Shown here: positions 40,756-63,142 of the stretch, in pieces
Layout of the letters: each line of letters opens with the position of its first letter
Position numbering within the stretch: position 1 is the stretch's first letter
Assembly (NCBI GenBank): GCA_012295275.1
Contig: CM022676.1
Span: forward strand, 14,136,001-14,200,000
Reading direction: 5' to 3'
Length of the DNA: 64,000 nucleotides
Source: Chrysomallon squamiferum
Lineage: Eukaryota > Animalia > Mollusca
The notes under the pieces: model-generated
What the model saw: the letters and a program-made list of their open reading frames with translations, nothing else
Databases searched by the model: none
What the model was told of the DNA's origin: nothing
Program-made: the position numbers and the translations under genes

Positions 40756-41256
40756 ATTGGATTAACTGATTAATTAATAAAATGAGCATATAAATAAATA
40801 AGTAAATAAATAAATAAATAAAATGAATTAACTAGTTAATTAATAAAATGAGCATATAAATAAATAAATAAAATTAAATATTCAGAATGATAACAATATA
40901 CCATAAGCTAGAAATAGTTCATAGGACTATATTAGAATGTTGACGATTCTGATAATACTGATGATGATAACGACAACAACAACAAGAAGAACAACAACAA
41001 TAATAATGGAATTCGTTTAACACTACTAATAATAATACTCTCGCAACAACGGCTGCTACTCCTATGATGCTACTACAACTACTGCAGCTGTCACTTCCAC
41101 TATTAAACCTACTGCTACCATTACAAGTGGCACTAATATTATTGTTACTACTGCTACAAATGTATTTATTTACATATTACGAATAGTTTTTTTTTTCTTT
41201 TTTTCTGGGGGAATAATACACATATAAATCAGATGTAACACACACACACACACACT

Positions 41257-41288
<32 letters not shown>

Positions 41289-41289
41289 A

Positions 41290-42340
41290 ATAAGAAGAAG
41301 AAGAAGAAGAAGAAGAAGTAGCAGCAGCATACTAATTTTATCGTGTGCATGTCCAATTTCTCTGACGATACTCACGTGACCAGTCTATCAAGATACAGCA
41401 AACACGTGATTGTTTGTTTCTTATGTAGGTCAGATAAAAACAGTGTGTCACACGAGAACAAAGCTATAGCTGGGTGTTACTTACATGTTAATACAGTGTC
41501 TGCGCATAAGTGTAGAAATAAATAGAAAACGAGTGAAATTATTTAAATTGTGAGAAGATACATAATCTCAATAATGACGATAAAGACAAACACAATAACC
41601 AGCAAATTACTTCCAACAGAAAAAACAAAGAAACAAACTCGAAGTTAGAAATTAATACAATTCTACGAGCTAATATTATTATTACGTTTTCATTGGCTCA
41701 TTCAATAAACTCGTTCATACAACATACTTTTCAAGTCCGGCTCTACATTATAGTTTTCGTGTCTTTTAAAAAACCTCGAACTGTAATGATCAGTTTGCTT
41801 GTCACATCTACAACTATAACAGCGATAATGATTTTTATCTTTGCCATTGTAGGTGAAAGCAAATGCAGTAACATTTTATGCAGTGGTTGGAACGGATAAC
41901 TAACCAATACGAAAGTTACATTAAACGATAGGAAAGAATGAAGAAATGAGAAAAAGAGAAAATAAAATAAAGAAGGAAGGCAGGGTGAAATAAATGTTTT
42001 AATTAACGACAGTGTAAACACATTTTGTATACTGATTTGTGTGTGTGAAACTTGCTGTTAAGGACTGCTGAAATAAAATGAGAGTAAATCTGCAGTCACC
42101 ACATCAAGTCTACTTCTTTCCAACTAGCAGGAAGTGGTATTTTACGTAGACAATTAGATGAACAGGGTAATATGTATCAACCATTGACTCTTTAAGCAAT
42201 ATACTATTTTTTTCTCTTTTTAATTGCTTTAGATTTTAACATCATTAACAAATTTCCTATTTTAAACAATTACGCCTTGAAACCGTGTACTGTTGTAAAG
42301 CCATATGAAGAACAATCAAGATATAAACCACTGAATATAA

Positions 42341-42400
<60 letters not shown>

Positions 42401-45400
42401 AATAAAAAATAGAAAACTATAAAAACCAGCGAAGTTATAACTTCTATTATTCATACTAGCCTTTAGGACACTTTCATTCATAATAACGTTTTTCAGATAG
42501 TCTGGTTCACTATTATGATACTTATTGACAATACAGATAAAGAGAGCGCTACAGGGTGAACATAAACTGTGTAGAAAATATGTCATTGCAGAAACAATGA
42601 GGGTTGTAAGAGATTGGCTGAAGAGGGTGTTTAGTTAGTTGTAATGTTGTTTAAAAACAGGTTTTTCACGTCCACAGACTGATACATGATACTACTTTTA
42701 TAGGAAACTGTTTACAGGAATTAGTAATCTTAAAGTTAAATTTAATCTTAAACCAACACTAATACCAAACCTGAATTAACTCTAAATACAACGTTTGTGA
42801 TATTACTTACCTGAATCCTATCTCTACATCTGTCCATCTGAACCACTGATAAACATCATCATAATTTGATCTCAAAGTGTATTATTATCCTAACTCCACC
42901 TGAACTATCACCCTAACCTTAATGTCATCACATCACAGATCTTAACCTATAATAAACTTACAAACAAACAAACAAATAAATAAATAAATAAAATAAAATA
43001 AACTAACATAAAATAAAATAAAATAACAGAGAGGGAAAAATATAGAATAAGCCGCTAAAAGTACATAGGACTATATTAGAATGATGATTATGATAATGGT
43101 GATGATAATGGCATCTGTTTAAGAAAACAACAACTACTACTATTTCTATTACTAAAACAGCTACTACTACTTCTACTACAATTACTACTGGGACTTCTAC
43201 TATTACATCTATGGCTATTATTATAACTACTACTATTACTAATTTATTTATTCATGCTTTAAGATTAATGCTTATGGAGTTGAGCTTTTTTGGGGTGGAT
43301 TGATTTTATTTCTTGAAGAAACCTTTACCTCCCGGTTAAGAATATATAATTTCTGGACAACCGATTTGCAAATCGTGATATAAGTAAGGTTATTCAAACA
43401 CAAACACACAATCGCACTCACTGCTGACAATGTGGCTGCTTACCTTTAAAACCTTCCTGGTCGAGAATTTCGTAGACGGGAATAATTGCTGTTTGAAGGT
43501 TTTTCTATAGATCACTGATGTGAGGAATCTAAAAATAAATAAATAAATAAATAAAACATATTATATGTTCAGTACTGTTGATTTATTTTAAGCAAATTAT
43601 AGCACGGTATATATTAAATCACAATGAAATGCAAACTACCTTCAAATCTCAAAATGGCTGTCTGCTTACACAAAATACATCCTTGTTTGTGAGTGGTTTT
43701 ACTGGAGCTGACAACACGTCACTGAAACAATTTCTGTGTGTCGCTGTTAATAAACGTGTCTGCTGATAACCACGTGACAGAAATCTGGTGTCCTACAACT
43801 CGAAATGCGTGTGACGGTAGATGTATGCACATCTTTTTATAAGTATAATTTGTGAAGCGTAATGTAACATGCATATTTAAAACCTGTTACAGAAACAAAG
43901 CGTTATATAATTTGTCATAAATTATTTTGTCTGTGAAATATTTATATACATTTCTCACAGAGTATACTGATAAAAAACGTGTCGCTAACAAGTGTCTGTA
44001 TTTAGGTCAGACAAAAATAGTCTGTTAATAGTACTGGCGACAAGAAACATTATATCTCGGATCGTGAAATTTGCAATGTAATTGTGAATCACAAAATGTG
44101 GGACAGTCTTTTATTTGTACAAAGCGATCTAATTACCGATGTGACAAATACACCTTTATATATATATACACACGCACGCACGCACGCACACACAACGAAA
44201 ACGTTCAAATCCTAATACTTATACTGATCATTGTAGTGTTTTTGTTTTAAATTATTAATTATTTATCTGCTTCACTTAATTATTTTTATTTATATATTTC
44301 AATGTTTCGTTCTTTCTTTCTTTCCTTATTATATACACCGGAAAACATACAGCGTAATAAATAATACAACTGATACATGATAATGCAAAATAAACACTGT
44401 TTCCAGTACTTCTATTATTATTACCCATAATATTTCCACTACTACTATTATGATTAGCCAAACTATTTCGTCTACTACTATTATTACTAGCCATACTATT
44501 TCCGGTACCACTACTATTATTATTACTAGTCCTACAATTTCCCGGACTAGTATTATTATTAGCCAAACTATTTCCACTACTACTATTATTACAAGGCATA
44601 CTATTTCCAGTACTACTATTATCATTAGCCATACTCTTTGCAGAACTACTATTATTATTACTAGCTGTACTATTTCCCGTCCTACCATTATTACTAGCCA
44701 TACTATTTCCAGTACTACTAGCATTATTATTACTAGCCCTAATATTTCCACTACTACTATTTTTACTAGCCATACTATTTCCAGTACTACTACTACCATT
44801 ATTACTACGCGTACTATTTCCAGTAGTACTATTATTGTTACTAACCCTACTATTTCCAGTACCGGTACTACTACTCTTATTACTAGCTCTACTATTTCCA
44901 GTACTGCTACTATTATTATTATTAGCCATACTATTTCCACTACTACTATTATTACTAGTCCTACATTTTCTGAGACTACTATTATTACTAGCCAAACTAT
45001 TTCCACTACTACCATTATTATTAGCCATACTATTTCCACTACTACTATTATTATTAGCCACACTATTTCCAGTACTACTACCATTATTACTAGCCATACT
45101 ATTTCCACTATTACCATTATTACTAGCCATACTATTTCCACTATTACCATTATTACTAGCCATAGTATTTCCACTATTACCATTATTACTAGCCATACCA
45201 TTTCCACTACTACTATTATTACTAGCCATACCATTTCCACTACTACTATTATTTCTAGGCATACTATTTCCAGTACTACTATTATTTCTAGCCATACTGG
45301 TTCCACTATTACTATTATTACTAGCCATACTATTTCCACTACTACTATTATTACTAGCCATACTATTTCCACTACTACTATTATTACTAGCCATACTATT

Positions 45401-45678
45401 TCCAGTACAACTATTATATATATCTTGTCTAAACACGAATTCTGAACTGGCAAGTATCGTCTCTTTTAAACTGTGAATCAGTCCCTTGTTGAAACTAACT
45501 TGAACGTGCACGGACAAAACATAATCTCTTGCATCAGGATTTAAAACACGAGTCTAAGATCTCTAGTGCGGTATCAAATTTAATATGTAGTCATGATTTC
45601 AGTATCTCGGGTGTTTCTTTTTCTTTTATTTTTTGTTTGTTTTAACCTACCAATTCTCTTGCTCTTCTTTCTGTAGTC

Positions 45679-45734
<56 letters not shown>

Positions 45735-47070
45735 CTTATATTTAATTATGTTTGCATTTATATATTGATTTCTGTATTTTTCTTTACTTATGAACACAAA
45801 TCAATATATCACAGTAATAAGTACATACTTTATTTATGTATTCATGTGTTACATTTCTTTTCGTTGTTCATGTGCGTGTTTCTGTCTTAGTGTGTGGGTG
45901 GGTTCGGGTGTGAGTGTGTGTGTGTTGTTGTGAAACTGATTGTATTGTAAACTCTTAGAAAGATGACGTCACAATATTTATCTTTTATACTACAAACATC
46001 ATATCTCTCTACTTGTGACCTGCCAAGTGTAAGAAAACTGAAACCAAATCGAACATATAACTCACCAACTAACTATCTAACTAAACAAACAAAGAAAACA
46101 AATAAACGAAGAACTAAAAAAACAAACAAAAAAACACACAAATCAACAAACAAAATGAAACAAAAATATAGAGTTTTCTTCCTAATCCTAAAATCATTGA
46201 CGTCTCAGTACCGGCCCTGTTCCCCTCCTCTGTGATTATTGTGAATCAGTCCCTTGGTTCAACTAACTCGAGCGTGCACAGCAAACAAAACGCGAAATAT
46301 ACTTTGTAAGACCGCGATTTAAAACACATGTCTAGAGATCTCCTGAGGTGTATCCAGTTTAGTATCTAGTCACGTTTTTAAGATTGTCTATCATTATGTT
46401 TTGTTGTGTGTACGTATTAATGAGAGAGCGGGGCAAAGAATATCCTTCATATCTGTAAAGAGAAGATTTTAACATTGCGTCCTACAGTAATTATAATAAT
46501 AATAATAATAATAATGATAATAATAATAATAACAATAATAATAATAATAATAATGTTTTATGAATTTTGTGTTGCTATATCATATATACATATATATATT
46601 TCTATTTTTCGTTTCTAATAAAATAATAAAATGAGTGAATAAAAACGTTTGCATTATTTTTGGAAAAATACATTAATTAATAAGTAAATTATATCGTATT
46701 GGCAGTAACAGTAATAACAGTAATACATTTCATTATCTATTTCATTAAATATGCAACCGGTCATAGTTTACAGTTTTGTCACAAAACTTTTGATAACTTT
46801 AAAATTATGTGACATCAATCAGTGGTCTGATAACAGCAGAAAAGTTATATATATATATAAAGGAATTCGAAACAGCAATTAATCAAACATAAATTGAAAC
46901 TGTGTCAAAAAATCTATTTTAGTAAATGTTATTATTGTGTCGATATATAAATTGTATTTCCCTATCTAACACTTAATCATTAAATATCAAGTATTGTTAG
47001 AAATACAGCTACCTTATAATCTGTTTGTGTACTACATTTTCAGAAGAAAAGAGTGAGTACCACTATTACA
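41290..47070 (+). repeat. Segmental tandem duplication, copy 1
   Basis: 41330-45400 aligns collinearly and at high identity with 47165-51300, and 46580-47070 aligns with 51310-51800. The segment 45420-46570 has no counterpart at the same position in copy 2. Confidence 0.95.
44390..45415 (-). repeat. ~30-36 bp Asn/Ser-type minisatellite with a long open frame (GNSMASNNSSS)n; coding status uncertain
   Basis: Unit GGAAATAGTATGGCTAGTAATAATAGTAGTAGT with 3-nt length variants. ORFs are open in several frames on both strands. Confidence 0.85.
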
Positions 47071-47089
47071 CATATATACAGTAATGATA

Positions 47090-55484
<8,395 letters not shown>

Positions 55485-55684
55485 NNNNNNNNNNNNNNNN
55501 NNNNNNNNNNNNNNNNNNNNNNNNNNNNNNNNNNNNNNNNNNNNNNNNNNNNNNNNNNNNNNNNNNNNNNNNNNNNNNNNNNNNNNNNNNNNNNNNNNNN
55601 NNNNNNNNNNNNNNNNNNNNNNNNNNNNNNNNNNNNNNNNNNNNNNNNNNNNNNNNNNNNNNNNNNNNNNNNNNNNNNNNNNNN
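55485..55684. other. Assembly gap (200 N)
   Basis: Run of exactly 200 N. Confidence 1.
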
Positions 55685-57290
55685 ACAACAGAGCTTTCTT
55701 AACTGATCAGCTACTGACTAAAAACAACACCTAAAATACAACACAGCTTTCTTAACTGATCAGCTACTGACTAAAAACAACACCTAAAATACAACAGAGC
55801 TTTCTTAACTGATCAGCTACTGACTAAAAACAACACCTAAAATACAACAGAGCTTTCTTAACTGATCAGCTACTGACTAAAAACAACACCTAAAATACAA
55901 CACAGCTTTCTTAACTGATCAGCTACTGACTAAAAACAACACCTAAAATACAACAGAGCTTTCTTAACTGATCAGCTACTGACTAAAAACAACACCTAAA
56001 ATACAACAGAGCTTTCTTAACTGATCAGCTACTGACTAAAAACAACACCTAAAATACAACAGAGCTTTCTTAACTGATCAGCTACTGACTAAAAACAACA
56101 CCTAAAATACAACAGAGCTTTCTTAACTGATCAGCTACTGACTAAAAACAACACCTAAAATACAACAGAGCTTTCTTAACTGATCAGCTACTGACTAAAA
56201 ACAACACCTAAAATACAACAGAGCTTTCTTAACTGATCAGCTACTGACTAAAACAACACCTAAAATACAACAGAGCTTTCTTAACTGATCAGCTACTGAC
56301 TAAAAAACACACCTAAAATACAACAGAGCTTTCTTAACTGATCAGCTACTGACTAAAAACAACACCTAAAATACAACAGAGCTTTCTTAACTGATCAGCT
56401 ACTGACTAAAAACAACACCTAAAATACAACAGAGCTTTCTTAACTGATCAGCTACTGACTAAAAACAACACCTAAAATACAACAGAGCTTTTTTAACTGA
56501 TCAGCTACTGACTAAAAACAACACCTAAAAATACAACAGAGCTTACAACAGAGCTTTTTAACTGATCAGCTACTGACTAAAAACAACACCTAAAATACAA
56601 CAGAGCTTTCTTAACTGATCAGCTACTGACTAACAACAACACCTAAAATACAACAGAGCTTTCTTAACTGATCAGCTACTGACTAAAAACAACACCTAAA
56701 ATACAACAGAGCTTTCTTAACTGATCAGCTACTGACTAAAAACAACACCTAAAATACAACAGCTACTGACTTTCTTAACTGATCAGCTACTGACTAACAA
56801 CAACACCTAAAATACAACAGAGCTTTCTTAACTGATCAGCTACTGACTAAAAACAACACCTAAAATACAACAGAGCTTTCTTAACTGATCAGCTACTGAC
56901 TAAAAACAACACCTAAAATACAACAGAGCTTTCTTAACTGATCAGCTACTGACTAAAAACAACACCTAAAATACAACAGAGCTTTCTTAACTGATCAGCT
57001 ACTGACTAACAACAACACCTAAAATACAACAGAGCTTTCTTAACTGATCAGCTACTGACTAAAACAACACCTAAAATACAACAGAGCTTTCTTAACTGAT
57101 CAGCTACTGACTAAAAACAACACCTAAAATACAACAGAGCTTTCTTAACTGATCAGCTACTGACTAAAAACAACACCTAAAATACAACAGAGCTTTCTTA
57201 ACTGATCAGCTACTGACTAAAAACAACACCTAAAATACAACAGAGCTTTCTTAACTGATCAGCTACTGACTAACAACAACACCTAAACAC
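55685..57290. repeat. 53-bp tandem satellite, ~30 near-identical copies, open-ended at the gap
   Basis: Unit ACAACAGAGCTTTCTTAACTGATCAGCTACTGACTAAAAACAACACCTAAAAT, head-to-tail with no spacers. Confidence 0.97.
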
Positions 57291-57694
57291 AAACGGCTAC
57301 ACGCAGACATCTAACAGACTAAAACCTGACAAGCAACAGCTGTGTTTATATCGGCGCTCTTGAACGTTTACTGTTTCTACCATGTCTACTTTTCCCTCTC
57401 TGGTAACGTGTCATTTTACAGATGTAAAATTAATACAACCGTAATAAGATTTAGTGTACGAATTAAGCACGTGACCTTGTACAGATAGGGTTGTGCTGAT
57501 TATACAGTATTTTGTTTGCAGAGTTGCACTGTTTATAACGAATTACACAATGCGATACTAACTAACATAATCACATGACGCAACTGATGTTGCATTGATT
57601 ACGTCATTGCTAATTATAATAAATTACGTAACATTCTGTTAATTCAAAGTGAACATATGGCCATGAACTATATTAGTAATATTTTGTTGTAACT

Positions 57695-57812
<118 letters not shown>

Positions 57813-58434
57813 GTATGTGTGTGACAGTGTTAATAATAATACTAATAATATTAAATATGATAAAAAATAATTTAGAACAGCTCCTAATGACAAAAAAAAT
57901 AAAATCAGATTAAATCGTGTTTCGTTAACAAAACCAACAGACTACATTGATTGACTTTTCACTGTGTGAAATGATAAATAATTTCAGACTTTTTAAATTC
58001 TTTTTTTTCTTTCTTAAATGTTGTCTGTGCATAACTTATCTATCAGCCTGGAAAATGTTATATAAACTGATAGAGAGAAAAAAGTAATGAATGTAGTAGA
58101 TATACTCAGTGCCAGATAGAAAGAAAGTAAGCAAGATACTTAGATTTACTGGTAGACAGAAAGCTAGAGACATATACATGTTTATATATATATGTTATAT
58201 CGTTAAATACGTAGTTAGCTATATAGATAGCTAGACAAACAGGCAGATTAAAAATGCAATTTAATTATTATGTTAATACAATCATTTATAAATGTATGGA
58301 AAAAATTCTAAATATAATTAGATATTAACTAAATAAGCAATGGAACTGTAATTCAGTTAATAAAACAACTACGACAGTATCCGACAGATAAACCGGTTTT
58401 GTAGTATAGTAAATATTTTCATTTCTGACCACAG

Positions 58435-58869
58435 ATCTTCCCAAGGTGACCATACAGCCTGGACTGGTCAACACAGACGAAGGTCAAACGTTTGACCTTT
58501 CTTGCATCTTCGACTCATTTCCAAACGTTACTCAGATAAACTGGGTCAAGGTGAATAACAACAAGCCCACCACTCTCACCACGGGTGGGCGGATCTCGGG
58601 CGGGTCTCTGACCAGCCCCTCCAATCTGACCGTCAGTTCAGTGCAGGCGGGCGACGCCGGCGGGTACCGCTGTGACGTCACAAACGACATAGGAACGACT
58701 GAAAGTAGAGAAGTCAGCGTCGTCGTAAACTGTGAGTGTAACGTTGTTGATGACGTCAGTAATGTTGCTGATTAAAGCGTAGATGATAGTGTCAGTAAAT
58801 TGTTTTTTTTCTTCTTATACAATTACTGCTAATAATGATGATGATGATGATGACGATGTTAATCATAAA

Positions 58870-58900
<31 letters not shown>

Positions 58901-59820
58901 ACTCTTTTGTTTTAGATTCTCCCAGAAATGTGACCGTGTCGCCATCCAGTCTCACTGTCAAGGAAGGTTCTGCACTGAGCCTCCAGTGCACGTGTGACGC
59001 ATTTCCGGCACCAGCGTACGCGTGGACGTACCCCGCGGGGAACTCTGCTGCAGGGCGTTGCTGAGTATTTCGTCTGCTGCCGTCGACCACAACGGCACGT
59101 TTGTCTGCACAGCCACGAACTCAATTGGCAGCTCAAACCAGACAGCGGACGTAAATGTCCTGTGTGAGTTTTCAGTTATTTGAGCTTAATAAGCAAATGT
59201 ATGTATGTATGTATGTATGTATGTATGTATGTATGAATGAATGTATGTATGTATGTATGTATGTATGTATGAATGAATGAATGAATGTATATATGTATGA
59301 ATGAATGGATGTATGTATGTATGTATGAATGAATGTATGATTGTATGTATGTATGTATGTATGTATGTATGAATGAATGTATGTATGTATGTATGTATGT
59401 ATGTATGTATGAATGTATGTATGTATGTATGTATGTATGTATGAATGAATGTATGTATGTATGTATGTATGAATGAATGAATGTATGTATGTATGTATGT
59501 ATGAATGAATGTATGAATGTATGTATGTATGTATGAATAAATGAATGTATGTATGTATGTATGTATGTATGTATGAATGAATGTATGTATGTCTGTATGT
59601 ATGAATGTATGTATGAATGTATGAATGTATGAATGTATGTATGTTTGAATGAATGAATGTATGTATGAATGTATGTATGTATGTATGTATGTATCTATAT
59701 GTCTATGTATGTATCTATGTATCTGTCTGTCTGTCTGTCTCTGTGTGTGTGTGAACTTTGTTTTATTTAACTTAAAGTGCAGTCATCTTTTCATTTTAGA
59801 TAATTTTATATTATATGTGC

Positions 59821-59861
<41 letters not shown>

Positions 59862-60558
59862 TTAATCTTATTAATAGTAGTAGTAGTAGTAGTAGTAGTA
59901 TAGTTGTTATTTTGTTATTACCAATGCTATTATTGTCACAGTCGTCGTCGTTGGTTTTATTTCTGTTATTATTATTATTGTTGTTGTTGTTGTTGTTATT
60001 GTTGTTGTCATTGTTATTATTACAGATCCTCCAAGGATAAACGTGAGTTCGTCACCTATTTCTGCCAACACCGGGGACGCCGTGCTCAACATTGCGTGCA
60101 TCATCGACTCCAACCCTCCTGCGACTGCGGTGTCGTGGACAAAGAACCAGGCGACTGTAGACCTGACGACACCAGCGGGTAAATACAGCGGCGGAACAAC
60201 GTCAAGCCCCAGTCTGGTCATTCACAACGTGGACGTCGGAGACGAGGGTTCCTACGTGTGTGCAGCTCGAAACAGCGAAACTACGAACTGGGTTCAGAGT
60301 TCTCCCGTCCTAGTGACCATCAGCTGTAAGCACTCGTATTTGTTTATTTGTTTTTAAAGTGATTTGTTTGTTTGTTTGTGTATTTATTTGTTTGTTTATT
60401 TATTTATTTATTTATTTATTTAATGCAAATTATTGTTAGAAAGTGTTATAACGCAAGCCTGAACTTTGACAGCGTCAGTACTTTTTGAGATTAATGTTTT
60501 GTTATTTATCTTTCCAGCCAAATCTCATAATAATCATAATAATAATAATAACAACAAC

Positions 60559-60644
<86 letters not shown>

Positions 60645-61159
60645 TAATAATGACAATAATAATAAAAAATAAACATGAAAATGATGATGATAATAATGAT
60701 GACTATGATGGTCACAATGACGATGATGTTGTGTCATTAAATAGATGCACCTAGAAACTTACTAATATTGCCATCGTCTGATGTGACGTTACGTGAAGGC
60801 AGCAACTACATCCTGTCGTGCAAGGCAGACGGCGTTCCTAGCCCCGCGTTCTACTGGACCCAGGACGGCCGGTTCAAGTCTGCAGGGGAAAGCCTCACGT
60901 TCAGTCCTGCGGCTAAAGACGACATTGGAACGTACGTCTGCAACGTCACCAACATGCGAGGCTCTGCCGTCGTCACTGCTAAAGTCGACGTTGAATGTAG
61001 GTGTCCACGTATTCGGCAGCGTTATTTGTGTATTTATCTGTACGTGCGTACTGGTGTGTATTTACGAATCTGAGTGATGTAAGATTGTAAATATTAGTGT
61101 GTTGTTTATATACATGTTAATATGTATACTAGTGTGTGTTTCTGTACGTTTATATGTTC

Positions 61160-61190
<31 letters not shown>

Positions 61191-63142
61191 CGTGTGTATG
61201 TATGTGTGTATATATATATATATAAAAGTCCTTTTCCGCCTCTTTCAGATTCACCGAAATTCACATTACCCGCTCAAGCTTTTGGGGCAGACAGGGGAGA
61301 TAACTTGACAATCGAGTATTCGATTGAGTCGAATCCGCCTATGACGACGTTTGAGTGGTTGAAAGACAGCAGGAAACTGGATCTGTCGACTCCGGCAGGC
61401 AAGTACAAAGAGGGGACGTTTAACTCTACACGACTTGTTATCCTCAACCTGCAGCCCGCCGACGCCGGCTCCTACGTCATACAAGCTAGCAACAGCATCG
61501 GTACAACACAGAGTCAGCCCATCACTGTCGATATAAGCTGTAAGTAGTTTATGTACAAGTAGTATTTTTCAGTAGCTAAACGTTATTATTAACATTTTTA
61601 CTTTTTCTTTATTTTTTTCTTTATTTTTTATTTTTTTGTAGAATGCTTATTTGATTTACAAGCATAGAATATAGTTAGTTTCATAGTAAATAGTATTTGA
61701 ATTGATAGTTATTACTAGAAACTGAATTAATATTTCGATCAGAAGAATGTGTGTGCTTTAGTTAATGTGAAATCAAATCCCTAAACTACCTATACTATTC
61801 ATTATTTCTCTGAATTATTTATTTGTAATATGTAACCGTTCTATAAATAACTAACGAAGGAAAGAATAAAAATAGAATACTTTTTTAAACAGTGTTTCAT
61901 ATATTATATTTTGTTTTGTTTTTTTTGGTTCCATAGTTACATATTATTATTATATTTTATTTTCTATATGCAAAGGAAAATGTTTTATTTATTATCTCAC
62001 TATGAAAAGAAGAAACTTTCCTGTTGTAGAAGAGGAACCACATTATGGGAGATAACTGTTATTTTCACTGATGTTTTTGATCCTATTAGAGTTATCCCTG
62101 ACGTAAGAGAGAATTTCTGCTCTTCCTTAATTTCTTAAGTTAGAAAAGAAGTACAAAGTTCGCGACGAGTGACACAACAACAACGACTACAACTCTTAAG
62201 TGCAGCAAAGACTACATTTTTAATTTAATTTTCATATTATGAGTAACGATACTTAATAAACCAAAATGTTATGAAAGACTGAGTTCATGATCATTTTTTT
62301 TAATTTAATTTAATTTTGTTTGCTGTTCATTTGTTGAGGATATAAAATAGATATTAAAGTGTTTTGAACGTGTTTTATTTTTTATTTATAATATTAATAA
62401 AATAAAACAAGACCATGTAGGCGAATGAGGCTGACATTTTTGTCCTTTTTCTTTCTTTCTTTAATTTATATATAAAATTTAAATTTTACGAATACACAGG
62501 AACTGGTAAAAACAAGTCATGTCAGACTGAGCCGACGGCAAATAATTTACTTTTTTTTTTCTTTTGTTGTTTGTTTTTATTGGTTGTAGACCACAATTCT
62601 CGTTCAGTTTTCTAGGGAATTTTCGCATCTTTGTTTGTTCTTTCTCTTATGCACGCTATATCACAAACAAATATAATTTTTTCTTGTCACTGAGTTTTTG
62701 ATTCTAACTTCTTTCTTTAGTTCAAAATCGACGACTCTCCGTCTTGAAATATCGATGAATCAATTACGTATTAATATGTAAAAATATCAATCTGAAAAAT
62801 TATTTTTAAAAACTTAATCTTGAAATTCTAAGATCTAAAAAATGTCTGTGTTTATAAATTAAATATTAAACTGCTATTTTCCCGTTCCAGATCCGCCCAG
62901 GAACACTCAGACAAATCCAGCTAACTCTACAGAGGTTCGCGAGCGAGCTACAATAGTGATTCAGTGTACGACGGACGCTGTGCCGTCTGCTTCGTTTGCC
63001 TGGTACCGAGGCTCAGAGAAAATAGCGGGAACCGCGAATCTGACTGTTAACAAGGCAGGGGCGGGGGACGCGGGCACAGTGCGATGTGTTGCGACCAACG
63101 TGAAAGGCTCACAGAGTGTTAACTTCACCATCACCGTCAACT
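58435..63142 (+). CDS. Gene C (partial): multi-Ig (hemicentin-like) protein with alternating long and short Ig exons
   Basis: Phase 1-1 exons at 58435-58731, 58916-59163 (248 nt, 1-nt frameshift), 60026-60325, 60745-60996, 61249-61539 and 62891-63142, all with AG/GT ends and mostly C..W..D.G.Y.C-type motifs. A further acceptor (CTCCCCAG) ends at 63998. The 5' end was not identified. Confidence 0.9.
59197..59720. repeat. Compound (ATGT/ATGA)n tetranucleotide microsatellite, intronic
   Basis: Direct observation. Confidence 0.95.

Noticed and set aside
42811-42870. Minus-strand mini-exon with a CAG|GTAAGT donor (also ~48778)
   Set aside because: No convincing acceptor, open frame or recognisable protein motif.
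44329-45476. Hydrophobic Val/Ile-, Leu- and Thr/Ile-rich ORFs (also 50324-51305) as membrane proteins or mucins
   Set aside because: These are alternative frames of the same AAT/AGT-based minisatellite, open because the repeat lacks stops in those frames.
55685-57290. CRISPR-like array
   Set aside because: Units are contiguous with no unique spacers, no cas genes are present, and the context is eukaryotic. It is a satellite.
57340-57402. Possible signal-peptide exon of gene C (...LLFLPCLLSLS-G|GTAAC)
   Set aside because: Hydrophobic and phase-1 compatible, but there is no in-frame ATG before an upstream stop, so it is unsupported.
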